A stretch of 31,385 bases of DNA from an uncultured Lentisphaerota bacterium (GTDB taxonomy: Bacteria > Verrucomicrobiota > Lentisphaeria > Oligosphaerales > CAITYL01). Both the position numbers and the translations under genes were made by a program. Position 1 is the stretch's first letter, and each line of letters opens with the position of its first letter. The DNA lies in NCBI GenBank assembly GCA_903921725.1, contig CAIXRA010000062.1, positions 1 through 31,385 of the forward strand, read 5' to 3'. The notes beneath the pieces were generated by a model. The model was not told the DNA's origin and searched no databases. It was given only the letters and a program-made list of their open reading frames with translations. Below, one piece after another: positions 1 through 8,811 of this stretch.

Positions 1-54
1 GCAGGATGCCCGATGGAAGCGGGCGGGACGCCCACGCTCCCGTCTTCACTACCC

Positions 55-178
55 CACCGTCACACCGTCACACTGTCACACCGTCACACTGTCACACCGT
101 CACACTGTCACACCGTCACACTGTCACACCGTCACACCGTCACACTGTCACACCGTCACACTGTCATACTGTCATACC
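55..178. repeat. Tandem octanucleotide repeat, about 15 copies of CACCGTCA / CACTGTCA, frequently alternating as a 16-mer; lies immediately 3' of serS
   Basis: Direct reading. Units at 55-62, 63-70 and so on, with a C/T polymorphism at position 4; the last two units are degenerate (TACTGTCA, TACCGCC). A second, shorter array of the same unit sits at 22843-22875. Confidence 0.9.
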
Positions 179-195
179 GCCCCACCGGCTGTGCC

Positions 196-1455
196 TCACT
201 CCGCTTTGCCGTTGGGGAGGATGCGGGAGAAGCCGGTGAACGGGCGCAGGACTTCGGGCACGACGACGGAGCCGTCGGCCTGCTGGTAGTGCTCGAGGAT
301 CGCCAGCGCGACGCGGTCGGTGACGGCGGTCGCGGAGATGGTGTGGCAGAACCCCTTCTGGCCGGTCGCCCTGTCGCTGTACTTGATGCCGAGGCGGCGG
401 GCCTGGAAGTCGGTCAGGTTCGTGTTGGAGGTGACTTCGCGGTAGTCGTTGAAGCCGGCGAACCAGGCCTCGATGTCGTACTTCTTGTAGCCGGGCGCGC
501 CCATGTCGCCGTCGCAGACGTTGACCACGCGGTAGTGCAGGCCGAGCTGTTTGAGCAGATGTTCCTCGTTCTCCAGGCAGCGGATGTGCTGGGCCTCGGA
601 GTCCTCGGGGCGGCAGAAAACGATCTGTTCGACCTTGTGGAACTGGTGGACGCGGAAGATGCCGCGGGTGGCCTTGCCGTAGCTGCCGGACTCGGTGCGC
701 CAGCAGGGGGTGAAGGCGGTGTAGGCGAGCGGGAGTTTTGCGGCGTCGAGCGTCTCGTCGCCGTGGTAGCCGACGAGCGTCTGTTCGGAGGTCCCGATCA
801 GCGCAAGGTCCTGCCCCTCAAGCTTGTAGGTCTGGTCGGCGAAGAACGGCAGGTAGCCGGTTCCGAACAGGGTGTGCTCCTTGGCGACGCACGGGGTGTA
901 GAAGAGGGAAAAGCCGCGGTTGACCAGCTCGCGCTTGGTCCAGAAGAAGAGCGCGTCGAGGAGCTGGGCGCCGGCGCCGCTCCAGTAGTAGAAGCCGGCC
1001 TGGGCGACCTTGGCGCCGCGGGTGGTGTCGATGATGCCGAGCCTCTCAAACAGTTCCTGGTGGTCGGCGGGCTTGAACGTGAACTGCGGCTTCTCGCCGA
1101 CGTGATACAACAGCTGGTTGCCCTTGTCGTCCGCACCGACCGGCACATCGGGCGCAAAGAAGTTCGGGAGCCAGGCCATCTGGGCGTCCACCTGCGCCTT
1201 CAGCTCGACGGACTGCGCCTCCTTGGCTGCCATGGTGTCCTTCATCGCCTTGACCTGGTCGCGGACGGCGGGGTTGGTGGCGCATTCCTTGCTGAGCTTG
1301 TTGCGGAGCGCGCGCATCTCCTCGACTTCGGTGAGCAGGGCGCGGTAGTCGGCGTCGAGCTTGACCAGGGCGTCGATGTCCACATCGCAACCGCGGCGCT
1401 TGGCGTTGGTCTTGACCAGTTCCGGATTCTCGCGGAGGATTTTGATGTCAATCAT
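196..1455 (-). CDS. serS: Seryl-tRNA synthetase
   Basis: 419-aa ORF. N-terminus MIDIKILRENPELV plus a coiled-coil arm, then a class II aaRS core (FRVHQFHKVEQ, GYHGDE, ...). Full-length architecture typical of SerS. Confidence 0.9.
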   Translation of the reverse strand: MIDIKILRENPELVKTNAKRRGCDVDIDALVKLDADYRALLTEVEEMRALRNKLSKECATNPAVRDQVKAMKDTMAAKEAQSVELKAQVDAQMAWLPNFFAPDVPVGADDKGNQLLYHVGEKPQFTFKPADHQELFERLGIIDTTRGAKVAQAGFYYWSGAGAQLLDALFFWTKRELVNRGFSLFYTPCVAKEHTLFGTGYLPFFADQTYKLEGQDLALIGTSEQTLVGYHGDETLDAAKLPLAYTAFTPCWRTESGSYGKATRGIFRVHQFHKVEQIVFCRPEDSEAQHIRCLENEEHLLKQLGLHYRVVNVCDGDMGAPGYKKYDIEAWFAGFNDYREVTSNTNLTDFQARRLGIKYSDRATGQKGFCHTISATAVTDRVALAILEHYQQADGSVVVPEVLRPFTGFSRILPNGKAE

Positions 1456-1742
1456 GGGGGCAGTTCCGGGTATTTCCGAGTTGATGGGGTTGCGCTGCGT
1501 GCGGGCCGGCCCAAGGCGGCCTGGCGCTCCCGCAGGCGGCTAATATAACCTTGAACGGCAAAGTTGGCGCAGGCGGCGGGCGGGCCGGAAAGGGCGGCGG
1601 CCGGACAGTCGGGCGGCGTGACGGTGGGGCGGAATGCCGCCGGCACCCCCCATCCGTCCGCCATGATTGTCGGACGGCGGAGATTTTCAGGGCGGGCTCC
1701 GTGACGGCCGAAATTCCCCCTTCGGGGACGTGTGCCTGCGGT

Positions 1743-3155
1743 TCAGCGTCCGGAACTGGAGCGCGAGCCGCTCGGGCGCTGGCCGCCGAAGGAGCGTCCG
1801 CCGCCGCCGAAGGAACGCGGGCGCGACGGGCCGCTGCCATGCGGGCGCGGGTGCACCGACGAGGCCTGGCCGTGGGGGCGCGGAGTCCCGTGCCCGTGCT
1901 GCGGCGCCTGGGACGCGCCGGCGGAGGGGAACTCGCGGCCGTGCGGGTGCGCCGGCATCGGATGCGGGCGGCGCGGGCCGCGCGGCGGCAGCGGCGGACG
2001 CGCAAACTCCGAGCGGTGCGCTTCCTGCGACGGCAGCGTGTAGTCGAAACCGTCCACCTTGCGCCGTTCGATCGTCACCTTCAGCACGCGCTCGATGGCG
2101 CGGATCAGGTCGTAATCCTCGGCGGTCACCATGGTGAAGGCGTCGCCGGTGCGGGCGGCGCGGCCGGTCCGCCCGATGCGGTGCGTGTAGGCCTCGACGG
2201 TTTCCGGGATGTCGAAATTAATGACGTGCGAGATGCTGGAGACGTCGATGCCGCGGGCCGCGATGTCCGTCGCCACCATGATCTGGTACTTGCCGCTGCG
2301 GAAACCGTCCATCGCCTCCTGGCGCCGGTTCTGCGAGAGGTTGCCCTGCATGGAGATGGCCTTGAAGCCCGCCTTCTGCAGGGTGTCGCCGACGCGGCGG
2401 GCGCGGTGCTTGGTGCGGGTGAAGATGAGCACGGAATCGGTGTCGGTGTGCTTCAGCAGTTCGAGCAGCAGCGCGCTCTTCAGGTGCTGCGGCACGGGGT
2501 ACAGCGCGTGCGCCACGGTCTCCGCGGGTTTGGCAACGCCGGCCTGGATGGTGACGGGGTCGTGCAGGACTTCATGCGCCAGCTTGCGGATGTCGTCGGG
2601 CATGGTCGCGGAGAAGAGCAGCGTCTGGCGTTTCACTGGCAGGCGCTTGACAATCTTGCGGATGTTCGGGAGAAACCCCATGTCGAACATGTGGTCCGCC
2701 TCGTCGAGCACCAGGACCTCGACGCCGTCCAGGCGGCAGGTTCCCTGTTCGAGATGATCCAGCAGGCGGCCGGGGCAGGCGACGACGATTTCCACGCCGG
2801 CGCGCATCTTCTGCGCCTGCGGGCCGAAGCCGACGCCGCCGTACACCACCGCCGAGCGGAGTCCGCACTGGCGGCCGAGCGCCTCGAAGGCGTCGTGGAT
2901 CTGCTGCGCCAGTTCGCGGGTCGGCGCGACGACGAGCGCCCGGATTTTGCCGCGCGGGCCTTCCAGAAGGCGGTGAAGGATCGGCAGCGCGAAGGCCGCC
3001 GTCTTGCCTGTGCCGGTCTGGGCGAGCCCCATCACATCGCGCCCCTGCATGACATGGGGGATGGCTTCCGCCTGGATCGGGGTCGGGGTCTGGTACTGGG
3101 CGGCGGTGACGCCGGCCATGACGCGGGGATCGAACTTGAAGGAAGGGAAACCCAT
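1743..3155 (-). CDS. DEAD-box ATP-dependent RNA helicase (RhlE-like) with a C-terminal Arg/Gly/Pro-rich tail
   Basis: Motifs Q (TPIQ), I (AQTGTGKT), II (DEADHMFDMGF), III (SAT) and VI (HRIGRTGRAARTG). The start is trimmed to MGFPSFKFD at 3155; the ORF-track start at 3233 is an upstream extension. RG-rich tail ...GGGGRSFGGQRPSGSR. Confidence 0.85.
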   Translation of the reverse strand: MGFPSFKFDPRVMAGVTAAQYQTPTPIQAEAIPHVMQGRDVMGLAQTGTGKTAAFALPILHRLLEGPRGKIRALVVAPTRELAQQIHDAFEALGRQCGLRSAVVYGGVGFGPQAQKMRAGVEIVVACPGRLLDHLEQGTCRLDGVEVLVLDEADHMFDMGFLPNIRKIVKRLPVKRQTLLFSATMPDDIRKLAHEVLHDPVTIQAGVAKPAETVAHALYPVPQHLKSALLLELLKHTDTDSVLIFTRTKHRARRVGDTLQKAGFKAISMQGNLSQNRRQEAMDGFRSGKYQIMVATDIAARGIDVSSISHVINFDIPETVEAYTHRIGRTGRAARTGDAFTMVTAEDYDLIRAIERVLKVTIERRKVDGFDYTLPSQEAHRSEFARPPLPPRGPRRPHPMPAHPHGREFPSAGASQAPQHGHGTPRPHGQASSVHPRPHGSGPSRPRSFGGGGRSFGGQRPSGSRSSSGR

Positions 3156-3461
3156 TCTGACAATGCTCCTGGCTCTGTTTGCCGGCCGTTTCCGGCGACC
3201 ATCGCCGGAAATCCGTCCATGAAGCCAAGTCACACTCTCAGCCCCTACGCAGACAAAATGAAGGGAATACTATAGCCCGCCAAACCCGCCTGTCATGCGG
3301 AGGCGCTTGAAGGCCAAGGGGAAGCGTCGGCGCGCGCCGTGCGGCCGCGGGTGTTTGCGCGTTGATTTCCCGCCTTGAAACGTTACATTTCCAGACTGTC
3401 TCCCGTGTCCGGAACCGCGTCGTGCCGCGCAGCTTGCGCCTTTGCGAGAAGACACTTTCAC

Positions 3462-4319
3462 ATGCCGATCATCACCACAAGCGAACGCCAGCGGACGGTC
3501 CGCCACAGCGCCTCCCTTTCGGGCATCGCGCTGCACACCGGGAACCGGGTCAAACTGACCCTGCATCCCGCGGAGGCGGGCACGGGCGTCCGCTTCCGCC
3601 GCGTGGACCTGCCGGGGACGCCGGAGATCCGCGGGCTCGTCACCCACGTCAACGACACCCGCCGCGGCACGACCATCACCGAGAACGGCGCGTCGGTACA
3701 CACCGTCGAGCATCTGCTGGCCGCGGTGAACGCGCTCGGGCTGGACAATCTGGTAATCGACATGGTCGGCCCGGAGCCGCCGATCGGCGACGGCAGCGCC
3801 GAGCCGTACGTGGAACTGCTCCGGAGCGCCGGCGCGGTGGAGCAGGACGCCTTCCGCAACTACTTGGCGGTCGAGCGCATGCACCACATCCAGATGGGCG
3901 ACACGCACCTGGTGTTGCTGCCCGATCCCGCCGCCTTCCGCATCTCCTGCACGGTGAAGTACCACACGAACCCGATGGACTGCCAGTACATGACGCTGGC
4001 GGTCACGGAGGAGAGTTTCGTGAAGGAACTGCTCCGGGCGCGCACCTTCTGCCTGTTCAGCGAGATTGAGTACCTGATGAAGAACAACCTGATCCGCGGC
4101 GGCAGCCTCGACAACGCGGTGGTCATCCGCCAGGACGCCATTTTCAGCAAGGAAGGGCTGCGCTACCCGGACGAGGTCGTGCGGCACAAGGTCATGGACA
4201 TGGTCGGCGACCTGTTCCTGCTCGGCATGCGCCTCCGGGCGCACGTCATCGCCATCAAGCCCGGCCACCCCTCCAACGTCGAACTCGCCAAGAAACTGGT
4301 CGCGGAGGAGATGGGCTGA
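3462..4319 (+). CDS. lpxC: UDP-3-O-acyl-N-acetylglucosamine deacetylase
   Basis: MPIITTSERQRTV...HTGNRVKLTLHPAEAGTGVRFRRVDL...HTVEHLLAAVNALGLDN...KPGHPSN is typical LpxC. Start chosen at the ATG at 3462; the upstream ORF extension is unlikely. Confidence 0.88.
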   Translation: MPIITTSERQRTVRHSASLSGIALHTGNRVKLTLHPAEAGTGVRFRRVDLPGTPEIRGLVTHVNDTRRGTTITENGASVHTVEHLLAAVNALGLDNLVIDMVGPEPPIGDGSAEPYVELLRSAGAVEQDAFRNYLAVERMHHIQMGDTHLVLLPDPAAFRISCTVKYHTNPMDCQYMTLAVTEESFVKELLRARTFCLFSEIEYLMKNNLIRGGSLDNAVVIRQDAIFSKEGLRYPDEVVRHKVMDMVGDLFLLGMRLRAHVIAIKPGHPSNVELAKKLVAEEMG

Positions 4320-4388
4320 TGGACGAAAGCGTGCCGCCGGGCCGTTTTCGAACGTTCATCTTCAGCATTGAATCAATACGAAAGGGAC

Positions 4389-5360
4389 ATGATAATGAGC
4401 CGGATCAAGAGCGGAATCTATGGGTACCGGGAAATCCTCGACCTTCTGCCGGCGCGCCCGCCGATGCTGATGCTGGACCGCTTGGAGATCCTGCCGGAGG
4501 GGACGAAGGCCCGCGCCTGCAAGGCGGTCTCGATGAACGAGGAGTTCTTTCTTGGTCATTTCCCCGGCGCGCCGATTATGCCCGGCGTGCTCCAGGTCGC
4601 CGCGATGGCGCAGACCGCCGCCTCCCTGCTCCCGGCCCCGGCCGACGCGGAGATGGTGCCGTATCTTTCCGGCATGAGCCGCGTCAAGTTCCGTAAGCCG
4701 GTGAACCCCGGCGACTACCTGGTCCTTGAGGCGACGGCCGAACAGCCGGACGCCGCCACCGGCGAGTTTCTCTTCACCGCCCAGGCTCTGGTCAACGGCG
4801 AAGTCACCTGCGAAGGAAAAATCCGCCTCTGCTGGAAGCCGCGCGCCTTCTTCGCGCTGCCCGCCGGTGCGGGGATCGACCAGAAGCCCTTCTCCAACAT
4901 CCCCGCGACGGATGCCAAGCCGGTGCCGGTGCTTGAAATCATGAACGTCATCCCGCACCGCTTCCCGTTCCTGCTGGTGGACCGCCTGCTCTACTTCAAC
5001 CAGGAGGCGTGCCGCCTGGTCGGCCTTAAGAACGTCACCGGCGGCGAGCCGTACATGGCTGGCACCACGGCGCACGGCGTCCCCGGCTTCCTGCAGGTCG
5101 AGATGGCCGCGCAGGTCGGCTGCGTGCTCGCGCTCTCCCTGCCGGCGAACAAGGGCAAGCTCGGACTCTTCATGGCGATCGACGAGGCGGTGTTCCACCA
5201 TCCGGTGTTGCCGGGTGACCAGCTCGTGATTGATGTCACCGCCGAGATGCGCTCCCGTTTCGGCAAGGGCAGGGCCGTCCTTTCCGTCGGCGACCGCGTC
5301 GTCACCGAGACCTCCCTCAAGTTCGCCATCGGCGACAAGGAAGCCGCCAGCGCGGGGTGA
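4389..5360 (+). CDS. fabZ: Tandem (double hotdog) 3-hydroxyacyl-ACP dehydratase. The N-terminal domain is degenerate; the C-terminal domain has the intact FabZ catalytic motifs.
   Basis: Two FabZ-like halves. Half 1 has LPARPPMLMLDR and LQVAAMAQ; the canonical (L/I)PHR(Y/F)PFLLVD His and IEAMAQ Glu are both replaced by Ala. Half 2 has IPHRFPFLLVDR and LQVEMAAQ, both intact. RBS AAGGGA lies 2 nt before the ATG at 4389. Located between lpxC and lpxA, as usual for fabZ. Confidence 0.75.
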   Translation: MIMSRIKSGIYGYREILDLLPARPPMLMLDRLEILPEGTKARACKAVSMNEEFFLGHFPGAPIMPGVLQVAAMAQTAASLLPAPADAEMVPYLSGMSRVKFRKPVNPGDYLVLEATAEQPDAATGEFLFTAQALVNGEVTCEGKIRLCWKPRAFFALPAGAGIDQKPFSNIPATDAKPVPVLEIMNVIPHRFPFLLVDRLLYFNQEACRLVGLKNVTGGEPYMAGTTAHGVPGFLQVEMAAQVGCVLALSLPANKGKLGLFMAIDEAVFHHPVLPGDQLVIDVTAEMRSRFGKGRAVLSVGDRVVTETSLKFAIGDKEAASAG

Positions 5361-5460
5361 ACGCCGTCCGGGCGGTGTAACGGCAAGGCGGTATCGGCCT
5401 GCTTCTCCAACCGCTGAACCGTGAACCGTTGAACCTCGAAACCTGAAGGAATCTTCCCCC

Positions 5461-6252
5461 ATGAGCAGCAACATCCATCCACTGGCCGCCGTCATGCCCG
5501 GAGCCGTCATCGGCGAGGGCTGCGAGATCGGTCCGTTCGCCTATGTCGGTCCGCAGGTGAAGCTCGGCCCCGGCTGCCGGCTGCATCCGCACGCCATGGT
5601 GGACGGCCGCACCACGCTCGGCTCAACGTGCGAGATTTTCCCCTTCGCCAGCATCGGCGGCAAGACGCAGGACCTGAAATGGCAGGAGGGCTACACGGCC
5701 TTTGTCGAAATCGGCGACCGCTGCACCTTCCGCGAATACGTCACCGTCCACGCCTCCACCTCCGACGGGGGAAAAACCGTCATCGGCAGCGACTGCAGCC
5801 TGCTCGCCTACTGCCACATCGCGCACGACTGCATCCTCGGCGACCGCGTCGTGATGAGCAACCTTACCCAGCTCGCCGGCCACGTCGAGGTCGGAAACCA
5901 CGTCACCTTCGGCGGCATGGTCGCCGTCATCCAGTTCGTGCGCATCGGTTCCTGGTGCATGGTCGGCGCCACTTCCAAGGTGGTGCAGGACCTGGCGCCG
6001 TTCATGCTCAACGACGGATCACCGTGCGAACCGCGCATGCCGAACAAGATCGGCCTGGAGCGCCACGGCTTCACCCCGGAAACGGTCCGCGCCCTGTTCG
6101 ACATCCACAAGCTCTACTACCGCAGCAACCTGCGCGCCGAGGAGGCCGTCGCCAAAATCCGCGCGGAGTACCCGGAGCTGCCAGAGGCGGAACAGTTTAT
6201 CGCCTTCACGCTGGCCAGCAAAAAAGGCGTCGCCCGCCCGAAGGCCGGCTGA
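5461..6252 (+). CDS. lpxA: Acyl-ACP--UDP-N-acetylglucosamine O-acyltransferase
   Basis: Hexapeptide-repeat left-handed beta-helix (IHPLAAVMPGAVIGEGCEIGPFAYVGP...) plus the LpxA C-terminal helical domain. Classic lpxC-fabZ-lpxA synteny. Confidence 0.88.
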   Translation: MSSNIHPLAAVMPGAVIGEGCEIGPFAYVGPQVKLGPGCRLHPHAMVDGRTTLGSTCEIFPFASIGGKTQDLKWQEGYTAFVEIGDRCTFREYVTVHASTSDGGKTVIGSDCSLLAYCHIAHDCILGDRVVMSNLTQLAGHVEVGNHVTFGGMVAVIQFVRIGSWCMVGATSKVVQDLAPFMLNDGSPCEPRMPNKIGLERHGFTPETVRALFDIHKLYYRSNLRAEEAVAKIRAEYPELPEAEQFIAFTLASKKGVARPKAG

Positions 6253-6373
6253 CCGGGATGACTCATTGGCGCGTCCCGGTGGCCGCATTCGGGGCAATGT
6301 TACAGGCGCAACGGTGAATCTTTTGTGAATGATTTCCGTGGCGGAATTCTTTTTTCAATCCTTTGACCCTCCT

Positions 6374-6389
6374 CCCCCCCCCCCCCCCC
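6374..6389. repeat. Homopolymeric C16 tract in the intergenic/promoter region about 100 bp upstream of the CDS starting at 6492
   Basis: Read directly: cct followed by 16 consecutive C (6374-6389), then agtcg. Confidence 0.9.
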
Positions 6390-6491
6390 AGTCGCATTCC
6401 GCTTCCGCGGCGACATACTACATGTCAGCAGATGCGCATTTAGCGCAGGGCGGGGCGGCGCGATGCCGCCACAGCGGAAAAAGAGTCTGTC

Positions 6492-7715
6492 ATGGTGGAA
6501 TTTTCATTCCGCGCCCCGCGCCAAACATCGTTGCTTGTCTGTTCTGTACTGGTGGTCGTCGCGGCCCTCGTTGCCGCCGTGCCGGCCTACAGGATTTGGG
6601 CCGCGCACTCTGCTTCGCACCTGTCCACGGGCAATCCCGGCCCTTGGGGGCGCCTGCTCCATGCGGATGTTCCCATCTGCCTTCCGGATGAGTTCATCGT
6701 GCTGCCGTCCGAGAATCAGCCGCCGGCCTCATGGTTTTTCAAGGGATGCACGAGAAGCCAGGTGCTGGATCTTCTGGACAAAGCCGGCGTTTCCAGCCGC
6801 GAGCATGAAGAATTCAGCCGGGACGGCCAGTGGACGGGCGTGGAGGGCGGAATCCGGCTCACGCCCGCCGACAAGACCGTGCTGGGGCTTTCCCCGCGCG
6901 TCCGGGGCGCGATTTATGCCACGCTCCTCGCCGTGCCTGAAAACGCAGAGATCATGGATCCTGTCTGGTTCGCCCCGGAAACGGTTGACCGGCAGCTGGC
7001 GGACAACGGACTTGCGGACAAGTCCATCGCGCTGCTGAAGCGTCTTCTCTATCAGAACGTCGGTTCCCCGCTGCTGATGTTTGCCGACCGGGATGTGGCC
7101 ATGCGCCAGCTGCCCGACGACCGCGAGCGGCGCCTGTTCATCAAGGCCGTATCCCAGAAAAATGCGGTGATGGCCCGGCTGGAGATCACCCGCGACTCCC
7201 CGATTGAGGCGCTGGCCGCCTACTGGGGTGGCGGAGGCCGCGGCAAGGATCTCGTGCCGCTGCTGCGGTCGCTGCAAAAAGCCGATGGCCAGTGGAACGC
7301 CAGCATCGCCTACCTGCTACCGCCGTTCATGCGCAGCCACCTGAACACCTATCCGTTCCCCTCGTCCGAGGCGGGCGCCGTCAAGCAGGACTGCTTCTGG
7401 ACGGCGTTCAACGCGCTCTCCGCGGAGCCCGACAACCGGCTCAACGACATGCAGTATGTCCGCGAATTGCTCGACCGCGACTACTACACCATCTTCGAAC
7501 CCTCCCATCTGGGGGACATCGTGTTCATCGCCACCGCCGACAGCCAGGTGATTCATGCCGCCGTCTTCGTCGCCGATGACCTGGTCTTCACCAAGAACGG
7601 ATACCACTATACCCAGCCGTGGATCCTGATGCACATCCGGGACATGGTCGCCACCTACACCGCGCGTTACCCCGGAAGCGGCGCGCTGAAGTTGCTCTAT
7701 TACCGCAGCAAGTAG
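6492..7715 (+). CDS. Hypothetical membrane-anchored protein with a C-terminal NlpC/P60- or papain-like cysteine hydrolase motif set
   Basis: N-terminal hydrophobic anchor (LLVCSVLVVVAALVAAV). C-terminal QDCFWTAF (Cys motif) ... GDIVFIATADSQVIHAAVFVADDLVFTKNG (GD-hydrophobic stretch, then His 8 residues later, then Asp/Asn). Spacing and context resemble NlpC/P60 / transglutaminase-like folds. No database search was possible. Confidence 0.5.
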   Translation: MVEFSFRAPRQTSLLVCSVLVVVAALVAAVPAYRIWAAHSASHLSTGNPGPWGRLLHADVPICLPDEFIVLPSENQPPASWFFKGCTRSQVLDLLDKAGVSSREHEEFSRDGQWTGVEGGIRLTPADKTVLGLSPRVRGAIYATLLAVPENAEIMDPVWFAPETVDRQLADNGLADKSIALLKRLLYQNVGSPLLMFADRDVAMRQLPDDRERRLFIKAVSQKNAVMARLEITRDSPIEALAAYWGGGGRGKDLVPLLRSLQKADGQWNASIAYLLPPFMRSHLNTYPFPSSEAGAVKQDCFWTAFNALSAEPDNRLNDMQYVRELLDRDYYTIFEPSHLGDIVFIATADSQVIHAAVFVADDLVFTKNGYHYTQPWILMHIRDMVATYTARYPGSGALKLLYYRSK

Positions 7716-7823
7716 GGCTGATCCGAATCCACGGCCCGCGGTGCATGACGGCGGAAGGGGACGGTGCCCGGTCCACCCTGCGCTGCGCCTCCCCGTCGTT
7801 CCTCGCCCTGCGTTCCTGGCGAA

Positions 7824-8420
7824 TTACAGCGCACGGGAAGTGGCGGGCCTCTGTGCGGGCGGCGGGGCGGCGGTTGTTCCCGGCGCGGCGGCTTCCCTGG
7901 TCTTGGCCTGGAGTAATTTATCACCCTCCAGCCTCGTGATTTTCTGCAGCTTGGTCACCGTGCGGTCGGGAAACTTGGAGCTGAATTTGCCCTCGGTCCG
8001 CGTGACATAGTCGTGCTGCCAGGAAAGGAGGACGGCGTCGCCCTTCTTCAAGCCGGCGACGCGCTTGGCCATCTCGTCACCGACCTTCTTGTTGCCCATG
8101 TTGTTCGCGGTCATGAACATGTAGCTGTCGGCCTTCCCGTCGCCGTATTGCCCGGGCTTCTGGTAATCGAGGTAGCCGGTGATCTTGAACACGGCCAGGG
8201 TACCCGAGTCGCCGCAGCGGTCCGGGCAGAGTGAGGTCCGCCCCATGCAGCGGTGTTCCCTGGTGCCCTCGAAGACGGCGACCGTCTCGTGGGCGGAGAG
8301 CATCTCGCGCGTCTCCTGCGGCTTCGCCTCGTCCGCGGCCCGCGCCGGAGTCTGGAGGTTCATGGACACGACGGCCGCCAGTGCGGCGGCGAAGAGGGAG
8401 GCGAGGGCGCGCGTTTTCAT
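7824..8420 (-). CDS. Hypothetical small secreted protein (198 aa), convergent with the preceding gene
   Basis: Clear Sec signal peptide MKTRALASLFAAALAAVVSMNLQTPARA with AxA site. Three Cys in HRCMGRTSLCPDRCGD. High-GC third positions. No recognisable family. Confidence 0.5.
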   Translation of the reverse strand: MKTRALASLFAAALAAVVSMNLQTPARAADEAKPQETREMLSAHETVAVFEGTREHRCMGRTSLCPDRCGDSGTLAVFKITGYLDYQKPGQYGDGKADSYMFMTANNMGNKKVGDEMAKRVAGLKKGDAVLLSWQHDYVTRTEGKFSSKFPDRTVTKLQKITRLEGDKLLQAKTREAAAPGTTAAPPPAQRPATSRAL

Positions 8421-8811
8421 GGATTTTTCTCCTGGCTTGGCGGGTCGGACAGATGCTGCGGCGCCGGAAAAGCGGCGGAAACCGCACGGGGCACCACACT
8501 ATAGACGGTCGGATGGATCTTTTCTTAGACGGCGCGCCCGCAACAAGATGAAATGGATGCAAATGGACGGCCATGGACAAGGAGGCCTGAGCGTGGCCGC
8601 AATGCCATGGTGGCCGGGTGGGACGCCCGCCATCCCGTCCAGCCGGCTTGATCGTTGAGCGTTCTTCGGCACGCCGGACAGGACACCCGACACCCCAACC
8701 CTCCCTTCTTTTGCCCGCGCCACGCTTCGCATTTCGCCGCGCCGCATATATGTTTTTTGTCCGACACGATTGGAAGTCAAAACTCGGAAATGTGTCATTA
8801 GGGAGCCTCGT

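Noticed and set aside
13-1548. 511-aa plus-strand ORF opposite serS, and the 77-aa ORF 6-239 reading through the octamer repeats (HRHTVTPS repeats)
   Set aside because: serS on the minus strand is unambiguous. The plus-strand product is low-complexity, and the HRHTVTPS peptide is just the translated tandem DNA repeat.
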